A stretch of 64,000 bases of DNA from an uncultured Chloroflexia bacterium. Lineage in GTDB: Bacteria; Chloroflexota; Dehalococcoidia; UBA2979. This document shows positions 8,579 through 18,433 of this stretch, piece after piece. Under the pieces are notes generated by a model. That model worked only from the letters and a program-made list of their open reading frames with translations. It did no database searches and was not told the DNA's origin. The stretch's first letter is position 1, and each line of letters opens with the position of its first letter. The stretch is taken from contig CAVSIV010000006.1 in the NCBI GenBank assembly GCA_963728205.1, positions 1,408,001 through 1,472,000 on the forward strand. Direction: 5' to 3'. The translations under genes and the position numbers were made by a program.

Positions 8579-9766
8579 TTGCCGCCAGCATTCCCCCCCA
8601 GCTACCGCCAGCTCGCGCCGTACGCGCAGCGCTACTCGATGGGCGAGGTCGTCTACGACCAGGGCGCTACGCCCGATCGCATCTACGTCGTGCTGAGCGG
8701 GCGCATCGAGTTCCGCATCGTCGACGCCAACGGCGCGGTCGCGGTCGTCGCCGAGGCCGTCCCCGGCCAGCTCGCCGGCCACGTCGCCGCCTTCACCGGC
8801 CGGCCGACGTCGGCCGCAGCGCACGCCGCGGAGGACACCGTCCTCATCGCGGTGCCGATGAACGAGCTCACGAGCGCGTTCAAGATCGCGCCCGAGCTTG
8901 CCGTGGAGCTCATCCACCTGTTCGCGGAGAGCGACCAGCGCCAGGGCCATCGCCCGGCATCGGTCGCCACGGTCGACGTTGCCGTCGAGGGCGCGACCGC
9001 GCCGGCCGGGCCCGCCCTGCAGGTCGTGGACAGCGCCGACGCCACGGTGGCGCTCGAGCCCGGCTGGGACGAGACATTCTTCTTCTCGGACACCATCACG
9101 TGCCCGGTCTCCGGCACCACCTTTGAGTTCCTGCGCGTGCGCACCTCGGCCGTGCGGCCGGCGTCGCGCGACACCGACTTCCGCGTCGTCTACAGCTCGC
9201 ACGACCCCACCCGCTACTCGATCGTCGTCTGCCCGCAGTGCGGGTATGCCGCCTACCTCGACGACTTCGCGACGGTCGACGAGGAGGAGCGCGTGGCGCT
9301 GGTCGGCAGCCAGGTCGACCGCGACCGCTTCGGCGCACGCAAGTTCCGCGGCCCGCGCGACCTCAAGGAGGCGGCGCAGGCAATCGACCTCGCACTCGCG
9401 AGCTACGAGCGCCGCAAGGCGAACGAACGCCGGCGCGCGGTGCTGCTGCACCGCCGCGCCTGGATCGAGCGCGAGCGCAACGAGGCCGAAGGCGAGCGCG
9501 AATACCTGCGCGAGGCCCGCGAGGCGTACAAGCGCGCCTTCGAGAAGGACTCCTCGATCTCCGATGAGACCGCGATGCGCGCGGCCTACATCATCGGCGA
9601 CCTCAGCCTGCGGCTCGATGACGTGACCGAGGCCCTGCGCTGGCTCGACACCGCGACGAAGTTCCCGGACGCGAAGAACAAGTCGTCCGGCCTCACGCGC
9701 ATGGCGTGGGAGCGGATGCAGACCGCCCGCGAGCTCTCGAAGAAGAGCGAGCGCTGGAGCGCCTGA
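8579..9766 (+). CDS. cNMP-binding (CAP-like) domain fused to a DUF2225-like domain
   Basis: N-terminal GEVVYDQGATPDRIYVVLSGRIE...VPGQLAG is a cNMP-binding fold. C-terminal CPVSG...DTDF...YSIVVCPQCGYAA plus TPR-like helices resembles DUF2225. TTG start uncertain. Confidence 0.72.
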   Translation: MPPAFPPSYRQLAPYAQRYSMGEVVYDQGATPDRIYVVLSGRIEFRIVDANGAVAVVAEAVPGQLAGHVAAFTGRPTSAAAHAAEDTVLIAVPMNELTSAFKIAPELAVELIHLFAESDQRQGHRPASVATVDVAVEGATAPAGPALQVVDSADATVALEPGWDETFFFSDTITCPVSGTTFEFLRVRTSAVRPASRDTDFRVVYSSHDPTRYSIVVCPQCGYAAYLDDFATVDEEERVALVGSQVDRDRFGARKFRGPRDLKEAAQAIDLALASYERRKANERRRAVLLHRRAWIERERNEAEGEREYLREAREAYKRAFEKDSSISDETAMRAAYIIGDLSLRLDDVTEALRWLDTATKFPDAKNKSSGLTRMAWERMQTARELSKKSERWSA

Positions 9767-10803
9767 TGGCGGCGCCACGGGGTGCGCTCCGCGCGGGTCG
9801 ACGCCGTGCGCTCCGCGCGGATCTGCTCGCGCGGCCGCCCCACGACCGGTTGCTGCTCGCGTCGGTGGCGGCCCTCGGCGCACTCGTCGTCTGCGCGGTC
9901 TTCCTGCTGCCCGGACATGCTCGGCACGCCCGCGGCGCGTCCATCCCCGCGGTCACCCTGGCCGTGGCCGACCTGCGTGGGCACGCGCTCGTGCTGCTGG
10001 ACACCGCTACGGGCGACACGCGCCGCATCGCGCTGCCCGGCGGCCCCCACGAGATGGTGCGGCTGGCCGACGGCCGGCTCGTGCTCTCGCTCGAGCAGGC
10101 CGGCGCGCTCGCCGTCGTCGACCCCGCCACCGGTGCGGTCGCCTCGCGCGACATCGGCGGGCTGCCGCACGGCCTCGCGCTGCAGGGCGGCGTCCTCACC
10201 GTGACCGACCGCTCACGCGACGTGCTCCGTCGCTTCGACGTCTCGCCCGGCGGCTCGCCCGCCGGCTGGCTCGAGCTCGCGCCGGTGCCGGCCGGGCACT
10301 GGCCGCACGTGATCGAGCCGCTCACCGGCGGCGGCCTGGCGGTCGCGAACGCCGGCGACTCCACGCTGCGCATCGGCGACACGCTCGTCACCGCGTCCGA
10401 GACGCCGGAGACGCTCGCGGTCTCGCCGGCGGACGGCGACGTCGCGACGGCCGGCTCCATCGGCGGCGCCGTGCAGGTGTTCGGCGCCGACGGCTCGCCG
10501 CGCTGGCAGCGCGTGATCGGCGGCCGTCCGGTCCGCGTCGCATACGCGCCCGACGGCGTGACGCTCGCGGTCTCGGTGTCCGCGGACGGTGCGGTCGCGC
10601 TGGCCGCCGCCGACGGCTCCGCGCTGCGCGTGGTCGCGGTCGGCGGCGCGCCCGACGGCCTCGCGTTCGACGCGTCGGGCCGCACGCTCTTCGTCGGCGA
10701 CCTGGCCGCGGGCCGGGTCAGCGCGGTCGACGTCGCCTCCGGCGCCGTGGTCGCCACCTACGACGCCGCGCAGACCGCCGGCGCGCTCATGACACTTCCG
10801 TAA
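9766..10803 (+). CDS. Membrane-anchored/secreted YncE-like (YVTN) beta-propeller protein
   Basis: Hydrophobic N-terminal segment, repeated GGxPxG/xLA...DG motifs (GGLPHGLAL, GGAPDGLAFDASGRTLFV). ATG overlaps the upstream stop. Confidence 0.75.
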   Translation: MAAPRGALRAGRRRALRADLLARPPHDRLLLASVAALGALVVCAVFLLPGHARHARGASIPAVTLAVADLRGHALVLLDTATGDTRRIALPGGPHEMVRLADGRLVLSLEQAGALAVVDPATGAVASRDIGGLPHGLALQGGVLTVTDRSRDVLRRFDVSPGGSPAGWLELAPVPAGHWPHVIEPLTGGGLAVANAGDSTLRIGDTLVTASETPETLAVSPADGDVATAGSIGGAVQVFGADGSPRWQRVIGGRPVRVAYAPDGVTLAVSVSADGAVALAAADGSALRVVAVGGAPDGLAFDASGRTLFVGDLAAGRVSAVDVASGAVVATYDAAQTAGALMTLP

Positions 10804-10960
10804 GCGGCGGCAGACACGCCGCCGATGCGACCGGCGGCGATCCGCCGCCGATGCGACCGGCGGCAGACACGCCGCCGATGCGACCGGCGGCGATCCGCCG
10901 CCTACCCTCAGCAGCGGCAGACATGCCGCCGACGCGACCGGCGGCAGACACGCCGCCGCT
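10801..10960 (+). repeat. Cluster of about six REP-like hairpins (family 1) starting at the TAA stop
   Basis: TAAGCGGCGGCAGACACGCCGCCG alternating with CCGGCGGCGATCCGCCGCC. Confidence 0.88.
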
Positions 10961-11007
10961 TTGGGGGAATGGGCCGCCCTCTTCCTCACCCCGATCGCTG
11001 TGCAACA

Positions 11008-11460
11008 ATGGCCGTCGTCCAACCCCCGGCGGCGACGACGGGACCGCGAGTGCTGGTTGAAGGCACCTGTACCTACGGTCGGGCGTTCCTGCGTCGCGGA
11101 TGCGCCCGCCCCGCCGTCGGGCAGTGCGTCTACTGCGGCGAGCGCTTCTGCGCCGAGCACGGTGTGCGCGGCGAGGACTACATCGAGGTCTGCCGCCGCC
11201 GCACCTGCCAGCTCAAGTTCCAGGACGTGCAGCAGCACCAGGCGTGGCGCGAGCGCGCCGCCGTCTCCAACCGCACCTCCGTCTGCGCGACCGAGGAGTG
11301 CGAGGAGCGCATGGCGCATCGCTGCGAGCGCTGCCGCCTGATGTTCTGCGGCGAGCACCTGCGGCCGCGGACCGTCGTCGAGCACGGGGCGGACGGCTCG
11401 CGCCAGGTGACGGTGCTGCTCTGCCCGCACTGCATGGCCCGCCGCGGCCTCTGGGACTAA
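11008..11460 (+). CDS. Cys/His-rich tandem zinc-finger protein (B-box/AN1-like)
   Basis: CVYCGERFCAEH and CERCRLMFCGEH motifs, plus CPHC at the C-terminus. Confidence 0.7.
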   Translation: MAVVQPPAATTGPRVLVEGTCTYGRAFLRRGCARPAVGQCVYCGERFCAEHGVRGEDYIEVCRRRTCQLKFQDVQQHQAWRERAAVSNRTSVCATEECEERMAHRCERCRLMFCGEHLRPRTVVEHGADGSRQVTVLLCPHCMARRGLWD

Positions 11461-11484
11461 GCGGCGGCAGACATGCCGCCGACA
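11458..11484 (+). repeat. REP-like hairpin (family 1) overlapping the TAA stop
   Basis: TAAGCGGCGGCAGACATGCCGCCGACA. Confidence 0.85.
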
Positions 11485-11555
11485 GAACGCGGCCAACCGG
11501 CCGCGTCCTCGTCTGCCCCCGGCCCCCTCTGCCCCCGGCCCCCCCTCTGCCCGGG

Positions 11556-12059
11556 TTACCTCGCCAGCGCCGCCGCGATCGCCTCCGCGTGCATGCCGTC
11601 GTGGATCGCCTGCGCGACCAGGAATCCGCGCGGCGTGTCCTCCACGCCCCACGGCGCGGCGAACGTCGCGTCCAGCGCCGCGGCGTCGAGCGCCGCCGCC
11701 GCCTCCAGCATCGCCTCGCGAGCCGCCTGCAGCCGCGCCACCCGCGCCTCCAGCGTCGCCGTGCGCGACGCCGCGACCCGGGCCGCGTTCCACTCCGCCC
11801 ACTCCGCGGCCGGCGCCGCCTCCGCGGCGAACGCGCGCTCCCCCGCGGCCAGCGCCCGGAAGCATCGCGCCGCGGCCTCGTCCCAGTCGGCCACGTGGGT
11901 GATGAGGTCGGCGACCGTCCAGTCGCCGTCATCGTGCACCCGGCGCGCGGCGCCGGCCTCGTCCAGGCCGTCGATGGCGCGCAGCAGCTGTGAGCGCCCG
12001 TCCATCAGCGCGACCCAGGGATCGACGTCGAGCAGCGGATCGGATGTGCCCGCGTTCAT
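11556..12059 (-). CDS. DinB/MDMPI-superfamily protein (possible thiol S-transferase-like)
   Basis: WTVADLITHVADWD and C-terminal HDGMH metal-binding motifs. Confidence 0.8.
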   Translation of the reverse strand: MNAGTSDPLLDVDPWVALMDGRSQLLRAIDGLDEAGAARRVHDDGDWTVADLITHVADWDEAAARCFRALAAGERAFAAEAAPAAEWAEWNAARVAASRTATLEARVARLQAAREAMLEAAAALDAAALDATFAAPWGVEDTPRGFLVAQAIHDGMHAEAIAAALAR

Positions 12060-12218
12060 CGACTCAGGATAGGCAGCGGGCGCGGGCGAGGGGCACTGCT
12101 TGCCGGCAGGATTGCGCCGGCCCGCGATCGCATGGGCGCGACGACCGCGCGCCGACGGAGTCCGCGCACGGCGCGCGCCGACGCGGACGGGGGAGGATTC
12201 TGAGCGCGGAATTCGTGC

Positions 12219-13523
12219 ATGCTAGGATTCGCGCGTCCGAGCGCAACACGGCGCCTCCCGCCCCGGTGCAGGCACGTCACGGAGGACATCGCTCTGCTCC
12301 AGCCACACGCGTACGACAACCTGCACCTCTTCAACAGCCTCACCCGGCGCAAGGAGCACTTCCGCCCCCTCGAGGACCGGACCGTCAGCCTCTACGTCTG
12401 CGGCATCACGCCCTACGACGTCGGCCATCTCGGCCACGCGCTCACCTACGTCACGTTCGACACGCTGCGCCGCTGGCTCGAGTTCCAGGCCTACGAGGTG
12501 CGGCACATCCAGAACATCACCGACGTCGACGACGACATGATTCGCAAGTCGAACGAGCTCGGCATCAGCATCCCCGAGCTCACCGAGCGCAACCACCGCA
12601 TCTACCTCGACGAGATGGACGCCCTCAACGTCCTGCGCCCCGACCGCTTCCCGAAGGTCTCCGACACGATGCCGCAGATCATCGACGAGGTTGCCGGCCT
12701 GGTCGCCGGCGGGTACGCGTACGCGGTCGACGGCTACGTCTTCTTCGACACATCGAAGACGCCGGACTTCGGGCGCCTGGCCGGCCGCTCGAAGGACGAT
12801 CTGCGCACCGGCCCCCGCACCGACACGATGCCGGACGAGCCCGACCACCTGAAGCACGATGTCCTCGACTTCCTGATCTGGCAGCCGTCGGACGCGAAGG
12901 ACGCCTCGTGGGCGTCGCCGTGGGGCACGGGCCGGCCCGGCTGGCACATCGAGTGCTCGACGATGGCGCACGTGAACCTCGGCCCGCGCATCGACATCCA
13001 CGGCGGCGGCCGGGACCTCTGCTACCCGCACCACGAATCCGAGATCGTGCAGTCGGAGTGCGTGACCGGCCTGTCGCCGTACGTCGGCACATGGATGCAC
13101 AACGGCACGATGACGCTCGACGGCGTGAAGATGTCGAAGTCGCTGGGCAACCTGGTGAAGGTCAGCGAGCTGCTGGGGCAGGGACACACGCCCGACGCCA
13201 TTCGCCTCTTCATCATGGGCACGCCCTACCGCGCCGACCACGACTTCACGCAGGCCGAGCTCGAGCAGTGGGAGGCGAAGGCCGCCGCCCTGCGTGCCGC
13301 GAGCGAAGGCCCCGGCGGGCCACCCGACCAGCTCAAGGTCGCGCGCTACCGCGTCGACTTCCAGAACGCGATGGACGACGATCTCGACACGCCGCGCGCG
13401 ATCGCGGTGCTGCTCACGATCGCCGACGACCTGAAGTCGGGCACGCTCGACGGCGGCACGGGCATCCCGACGCTGATCGAGCTGGCGGGCGTGCTGGGCC
13501 TGCGCCTCGGCAACGAGAGTTAG
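12219..13523 (+). CDS. mshC: MshC-like cysteine ligase (CysRS catalytic-domain paralogue)
   Basis: YVCGITPYDVGHLGH (MshC-type rather than CysRS CGPTVY), QNITDVDD, GRPGWHIECS, PHHE and KMSKS. About 410-430 aa with no full anticodon-binding domain. Start uncertain. Confidence 0.65.
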   Translation: MLGFARPSATRRLPPRCRHVTEDIALLQPHAYDNLHLFNSLTRRKEHFRPLEDRTVSLYVCGITPYDVGHLGHALTYVTFDTLRRWLEFQAYEVRHIQNITDVDDDMIRKSNELGISIPELTERNHRIYLDEMDALNVLRPDRFPKVSDTMPQIIDEVAGLVAGGYAYAVDGYVFFDTSKTPDFGRLAGRSKDDLRTGPRTDTMPDEPDHLKHDVLDFLIWQPSDAKDASWASPWGTGRPGWHIECSTMAHVNLGPRIDIHGGGRDLCYPHHESEIVQSECVTGLSPYVGTWMHNGTMTLDGVKMSKSLGNLVKVSELLGQGHTPDAIRLFIMGTPYRADHDFTQAELEQWEAKAAALRAASEGPGGPPDQLKVARYRVDFQNAMDDDLDTPRAIAVLLTIADDLKSGTLDGGTGIPTLIELAGVLGLRLGNES

Positions 13524-13532
13524 TCGTCCGTC

Positions 13533-13722
13533 TCAAGCGGCGCAGACGCGCCGCCGATGTGAATGCGGCCGCACGGCCGAGCGCAATCGCCCGTCGCAAG
13601 CGGCGGCAGACACGCCGCCGATGTGGACGCGGCCGCACGGCCGCGTCCTGCGCGCGCTCCCCGTCCGCGTTGTGCGCCCGCATGCGGTTCGACCCCGGTC
13701 GGCGGCCTGTCGGCCGCCGCTG
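13533..13722. repeat. REP-like family 1: two direct copies and one inverted copy between convergent genes
   Basis: TCAAGCGGCGCAGACGCGCCGCCGATGTG, CAAGCGGCGGCAGACACGCCGCCGATGTG and reverse GTCGGCGGCCTGTCGGCCGCCGCTG. Confidence 0.8.
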
Positions 13723-13758
13723 AGGCGGGCCGATGCCCGCCCGATGCTGGCCCCCGGG

Positions 13759-15456
13759 CTATGCCCGGTAAGCGAGCTCGTCGTACTGCCGCACCTGGCG
13801 CTGCGAGGTGAAGTGCGAGCCGTTGAGCATGATCGCGCTGCGCATCGTCCTCGCCCACCCGTCGGGGTCGTGGTAGTACCGCGGCAGGATCTCGCCCTCG
13901 AGCTTGTCATAGAGCGCCTCGGCGTGCGTCGCGGGGTCGTCGCCCTCCTCGCCGATCGCCCAGCCGGTGACGCCCTCGATGCAGCCTTCGATCCACCAGC
14001 CGTCGAGCACGCTCAGGCTGGGCACGCCGTTCATCGCGGCCTTCATGCCGCTGGTCCCCGACGCTTCCAGCGGCGGCAGCGGCGTGTTCAGCCAGAGGTC
14101 CACGCCCGCGACAATCTCGCCGGCCAGGTCCATCTCGTAGTTCTCGAGGTAGACCACCGGCACGTCGTCGCCCAGCTCGCGGCCCACCTCGACGATGTGG
14201 CGGATCGAATCCTTGCCGCCGCCGTCGTGCGGGTGGGCCTTGCCGGCGAAGATCAGCTGCAGCGGCCCGGCCATCTTCTTGACGTGGCGCAGCCGCCGCA
14301 CGTCCTCCAGCACGAGGTCGCAGCGCTTGTAGCCCGTCGCGCGCCGCGCGAAGCCCACGGTGAAGACTGCCTCGTCGAGGTCGCGCCCCGTCTGCTGGCG
14401 GACAATCTCGAGCAGCCGCTGCTTGGCGCGTGCATGCGCGGTGCGCAGTTCCTCGAGCGGAATGTCAATCGCGTAGCGCAGGTACGTCGGGTCGCGGCGC
14501 CAGTCCGGCATGTGGCGGTCGTACAGGTCGCGCAGCGCGGCCGACGTCCACGTGCGCGCGTGCACGCCGTTCGTGATCGCCTCGATGCGGTGCCCGGGGA
14601 ACATCCGGCGCGACACCTCGCCGTGCCGCATGCTCACCGCGTTCGCGTAGCGCGACAGCGACAGCGCGAGGAACGTCATGTTCAGCGACGCGTCGCCGGC
14701 GTAGCCGCCCTGCTGGAGGAAGCCGGCATACGGCTCGCCGAGCACGTGGTGCGCGAGGTCCCAGCCGAACTGGTCGTGGCCGGCGGCGACTGGCGTGTGC
14801 GTGGTGAACACGCACTGGCGGCGCACCACCTCGACCTGCGCATCGGTCGCCTCGCGTGGATCGCGCTCGCCGATCTGCTGGTCGAGCAGGGCGAGCGTCA
14901 GCAGCGCGGCATGCCCCTCGTTCATGTGGTACGCACGGATCTGCGAGTATCCGACCGCGCGCAGCATGCGTACGCCGCCGATGCCGAGCACCGCCTCCTG
15001 CGCCAGCCGATAGTGCGCGTCGCCGCCATAGAGGCGGTGCGTCAGCTGGCGGTCCTCGTCGGCGTTGGACGGCATGTCGGTGTCGAGCAGGTAGACGGGG
15101 ATCTCGCCGCCGTGCGGCGAGCGGACGCGGTACCGCCAGGCGCGGACCTCCACGCGGCGCCCCTCGATCTGGAGGCTGACGGTCGGCCGCACGGCCTCGA
15201 GGCGACGCTCCGGCTCCCACGTCGCGGGCAGATCCTGCTGGTTGCCGTCCGCGTCGAGCATCTGGCGGACGTACCCGTCGCGATGCACGAGCGACACCGC
15301 GACCATCGGCAACTCGATGTCGGCCGCCGCACGCAGGTGATCGCCGGCGAGCACCCCCAGGCCACCGCTATAGGTCGGGATCGACGACTCGAGCCCGACG
15401 TCCATCGAGAAATAGGCGACGGGCGCCAGGCGCCCCCGCGAGGCCTCGCTGGTCAT
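13759..15456 (-). CDS. glgP: Alpha-glucan (glycogen/maltodextrin) phosphorylase
   Basis: [39 protein letters not shown], and the PLP-lysine motif EASGTSGMK. Confidence 0.95.
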   Translation of the reverse strand: MTSEASRGRLAPVAYFSMDVGLESSIPTYSGGLGVLAGDHLRAAADIELPMVAVSLVHRDGYVRQMLDADGNQQDLPATWEPERRLEAVRPTVSLQIEGRRVEVRAWRYRVRSPHGGEIPVYLLDTDMPSNADEDRQLTHRLYGGDAHYRLAQEAVLGIGGVRMLRAVGYSQIRAYHMNEGHAALLTLALLDQQIGERDPREATDAQVEVVRRQCVFTTHTPVAAGHDQFGWDLAHHVLGEPYAGFLQQGGYAGDASLNMTFLALSLSRYANAVSMRHGEVSRRMFPGHRIEAITNGVHARTWTSAALRDLYDRHMPDWRRDPTYLRYAIDIPLEELRTAHARAKQRLLEIVRQQTGRDLDEAVFTVGFARRATGYKRCDLVLEDVRRLRHVKKMAGPLQLIFAGKAHPHDGGGKDSIRHIVEVGRELGDDVPVVYLENYEMDLAGEIVAGVDLWLNTPLPPLEASGTSGMKAAMNGVPSLSVLDGWWIEGCIEGVTGWAIGEEGDDPATHAEALYDKLEGEILPRYYHDPDGWARTMRSAIMLNGSHFTSQRQVRQYDELAYRA

Positions 15457-15777
15457 GTCATCGACTCGCTTCCCCCGGGGAGAGGCTCGCGTTCGAGGTG
15501 GTCGTGTTCTGATCCTCGGACGATCCGACTCAGATGGTGAGCAGTGGATGACCGCATGTATCCATTAGAACGCACTCCACAACCGGGGAACGCCCACCGC
15601 GCCTCGTGGCGCCGCGGGCCTGCGGGTGCGCTTGCCGTCAACCGGTCGTCCGTTTGCCCCTTCGCGACCGAATTGCTCGGGAGCATATGCGCATGACGCG
15701 ATCCTCGCCAGAGAGCCGGCCCGCTGCGAGCGGCAGCTGGTCACGGCGCCGAGCGAACGAGACCCCGGTCGCTCCAG

Positions 15778-16845
15778 CTAGGCGCCGCCGCCGGAGCCGA
15801 CCTCCTCACGATTCAACGAGTCGACGAGCGCGATCGTGCGTTCGAGCGTCGCGAGCCGCTCGTCGAGCGTCTCGCCGCGCAGCCCGGCGCGGAACGTCGT
15901 GATGCCGGCGTCGCGGTAGGAGCGCAGCCGCTCGAGGATCGTGCCCTCGTCGCCGATCAGGCTCGTCTTCAGCACCAGCTCCGTCGGCACGCGCCGGCGC
16001 GCCTCGTCGCGCTTGCCCTCCAGCCACAGGCGCTGGACCTCGCGCGCCTCGTCGGCGTAGCCCTGGCGGCGGTACGCGTCGTTGTAGAAGTTGTGCTGGC
16101 GCGAGCCCATTGCCCCCAGGCTGAAGGCGACGCCGCCCTTCAGTGACTCCGCCGCGCGCTCGGGGTCGTCCGTGACCCACACAGTGCCGCCCGCTTGCAG
16201 GTCGAGGTCGGCGAGCGTGCGCCCGGATGCCTCGGCGCCGGCGCGCAGCGGCCCGAGGAACGTCTCCGCCGTCTCGGGCAGGAACGACGTCCCCAGCCAG
16301 CCGTCGGCCAGCTCGCCGGTCATGCGCAGGTTCTTCGGTCCCAGGGAGGCGACGTAGATCTTGAGGTTCGGCGTCGGCGGCGCGCCCGAGCGCAGCGCCT
16401 TCCCCTCGCCGCCGGGCAGCGGCAGCGTGTAGAGCTTCCCCTCGTAGGTGAGCGTCTCGCCGTTGAAGATGCGGCGGCAGATCTCGATAATCTCCCGCGT
16501 CCGGCGCAGCGGCTGGACGAACGGGATGCCGTGCCAGCCCTCGATCACCTGCGGGCCGCTCGTCCCCAGCCCGAGCATGAAGCGCCCGCCCGACATCGAG
16601 TCGAGCGTCATTGCCGTCATCGCGACCAGCGACGGCGTGCGCGTGCCCACCTGCAGGATGCCGGTGCCGAAGCGGAGACGCGTCGTCTTCGCCGCGAGGT
16701 ACGCGAGCGGCGTCGCGCCGTCGTGCGCCCACGCCTCGGCGCTCCAGAGGCTGTCGGCGCCGAGCCGCTCGGCCTCGAGCGCGAAGCGCGTCGTCTCCTC
16801 CCAGTCCTCGATGGCATAGCGGTGCAGGCTGACCGAAACCTTCAC
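15778..16845 (-). CDS. LLM-class flavin/F420-dependent oxidoreductase
   Basis: AERLGADSLWSAEAW, RTPSLVAMTAMTLDSMSGGRFMLGLGTSGPQVIEGWHG and GELADGW motifs. GTG start. Confidence 0.92.
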   Translation of the reverse strand: MKVSVSLHRYAIEDWEETTRFALEAERLGADSLWSAEAWAHDGATPLAYLAAKTTRLRFGTGILQVGTRTPSLVAMTAMTLDSMSGGRFMLGLGTSGPQVIEGWHGIPFVQPLRRTREIIEICRRIFNGETLTYEGKLYTLPLPGGEGKALRSGAPPTPNLKIYVASLGPKNLRMTGELADGWLGTSFLPETAETFLGPLRAGAEASGRTLADLDLQAGGTVWVTDDPERAAESLKGGVAFSLGAMGSRQHNFYNDAYRRQGYADEAREVQRLWLEGKRDEARRRVPTELVLKTSLIGDEGTILERLRSYRDAGITTFRAGLRGETLDERLATLERTIALVDSLNREEVGSGGGA

Positions 16846-16987
16846 GGAATGTCCTTCCCGAGCGCGCCGGAACCCGTCCCGGCGCGAGCCGCGCGACGAT
16901 AACAGAGCCCCCGGCCACGCGGTGGCCCGGGGCGGCGGCGCCACGTATCGTGGCCTGACCCATGACACAGCGCCCTGCGGTGACCTC

Positions 16988-18298
16988 GTGAAACGCTTCG
17001 CGACGCGCCTCCCGTTTTTCTACGGGTGGCTGATCGTCGGATTCGCGATCGCGAGCAACATGGTGGCCGCGGGCTCGATGTTCTGGGCGGTCACGCTCTA
17101 TATCCCCGCGATCGCGAAGGACTTCGCGGTCGAGCGCACCCCCGTCGTGATCGCGTTCATGGCCGGCCAGGGGGCGTACGCGCTGCTCGGACCGCTCGTC
17201 GGCAGCTACATCGACCGCCACGGCTCGCGCCTGGTGCTGCGCGTCGGCGCGATCCTGGCGCCGCTCGCGATGTTCGCGACCGCCCACGCGGCGGTCGTGT
17301 GGCAGCTCGCACTCGGCTGGATCGTCGTCAGCATGATGCGCACCGCGCTGATGCCGATTCCGTACAACTGGGTGATCACGCGCTGGTTCGGCGGCCGTCG
17401 GCGGCAGTCGGCCCTCGGCGTGATGACGGTCGGGTTCGGGCTGGGCGGCGCCGTGATGCTGCCGCTGCTCGCCGCCGTGGAGTCTCACTTCGGCTGGCGC
17501 GGCGCGATGACGTTCAGCGCCTTCGCGCTGCTCGTGACGTACGGCACGTCGGCCTACTTCGTCGTGGTGAACCGGCCGTCCGAGGTGGGCCTGCGCCCGA
17601 TCGGCGGCGCGCCAATCGCCGCCGGCGCCGCGCCGCCCGACGAGGTCGGGTTCACGCTGCGCGCGGCCATCGCCGGCGCGCCGTTCTGGCTGCTCGCGTT
17701 CGGGCTGATGCTCTTCATGCTCGGCCAGGGTGCCGTCTCGACGCTCTCGCTCGACTTCTTCGACAGCCGCGCCGTCGCGGGCGGCGCGACCCTGCTCGCG
17801 GCGAGCGCGCTGATCCGCGCGGTAGCCCGCGCGCCGCTCGGCCTGTCGATGGGGCGCGTGCGCGGCATCTACACCGTTGCGGCGCTCGTCGCGCTCTCGC
17901 AGGCGGTGGCCATGGCCGTGCTGATCGTGTCGACGTCGCCGCTCGGCATCATCGTGTGGATCGCGTTCTGGGGCGCCGGCGGGGCGTTCGCGCCCATGCT
18001 CGAGCCGCTCGTGATCACGAACGCGTTCGGCGTGCGCTTCTACGGGTCGATCAGCGGCGTCGTCGAGCTGATCACGTTCGGCGGGCAGATCATCGGCCCC
18101 ATCGGCGGCGCGGCGCTGTTCGACGCGACCGGCTCGTACACCCTCGCGTTCACGCTCTACACGATCGGCTTCGGGCTGTCGGCGCTGCTGTTTGCGATCA
18201 TGGGGCGCGCGGTGCGCGGGCAGGGCCACCGGACGGCGTCCGTGGAGGCGGGGATGCTGCGCGAGCCGGAGTCGCGCGGCGCGGCGGCAGCGGGATAG
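16988..18298 (+). CDS. MFS transporter
   Basis: FYGWLIV start, GSYIDRHGSR motif A, about 12 hydrophobic helices. Confidence 0.9.
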   Translation: MKRFATRLPFFYGWLIVGFAIASNMVAAGSMFWAVTLYIPAIAKDFAVERTPVVIAFMAGQGAYALLGPLVGSYIDRHGSRLVLRVGAILAPLAMFATAHAAVVWQLALGWIVVSMMRTALMPIPYNWVITRWFGGRRRQSALGVMTVGFGLGGAVMLPLLAAVESHFGWRGAMTFSAFALLVTYGTSAYFVVVNRPSEVGLRPIGGAPIAAGAAPPDEVGFTLRAAIAGAPFWLLAFGLMLFMLGQGAVSTLSLDFFDSRAVAGGATLLAASALIRAVARAPLGLSMGRVRGIYTVAALVALSQAVAMAVLIVSTSPLGIIVWIAFWGAGGAFAPMLEPLVITNAFGVRFYGSISGVVELITFGGQIIGPIGGAALFDATGSYTLAFTLYTIGFGLSALLFAIMGRAVRGQGHRTASVEAGMLREPESRGAAAAG

Positions 18299-18433
18299 CC
18301 GTCCGCTTCGAGCGGCACCGGGCAGGGTGCCGATCCATCCCGATCGCAGCACGTGTCGCAGAATCCCGCGGGGCCGGGCGCCGCCCCGGCAGCCCCTCGC
18401 GGACGAGGGCGCGCGGGGGAGGGGATCGGCGCC

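Noticed and set aside
12219-13523. Canonical cysteinyl-tRNA synthetase cysS
   Set aside because: The CGITPY/HLGH signature and missing C-terminal anticodon domain favour an MshC-like protein. Not fully excluded.
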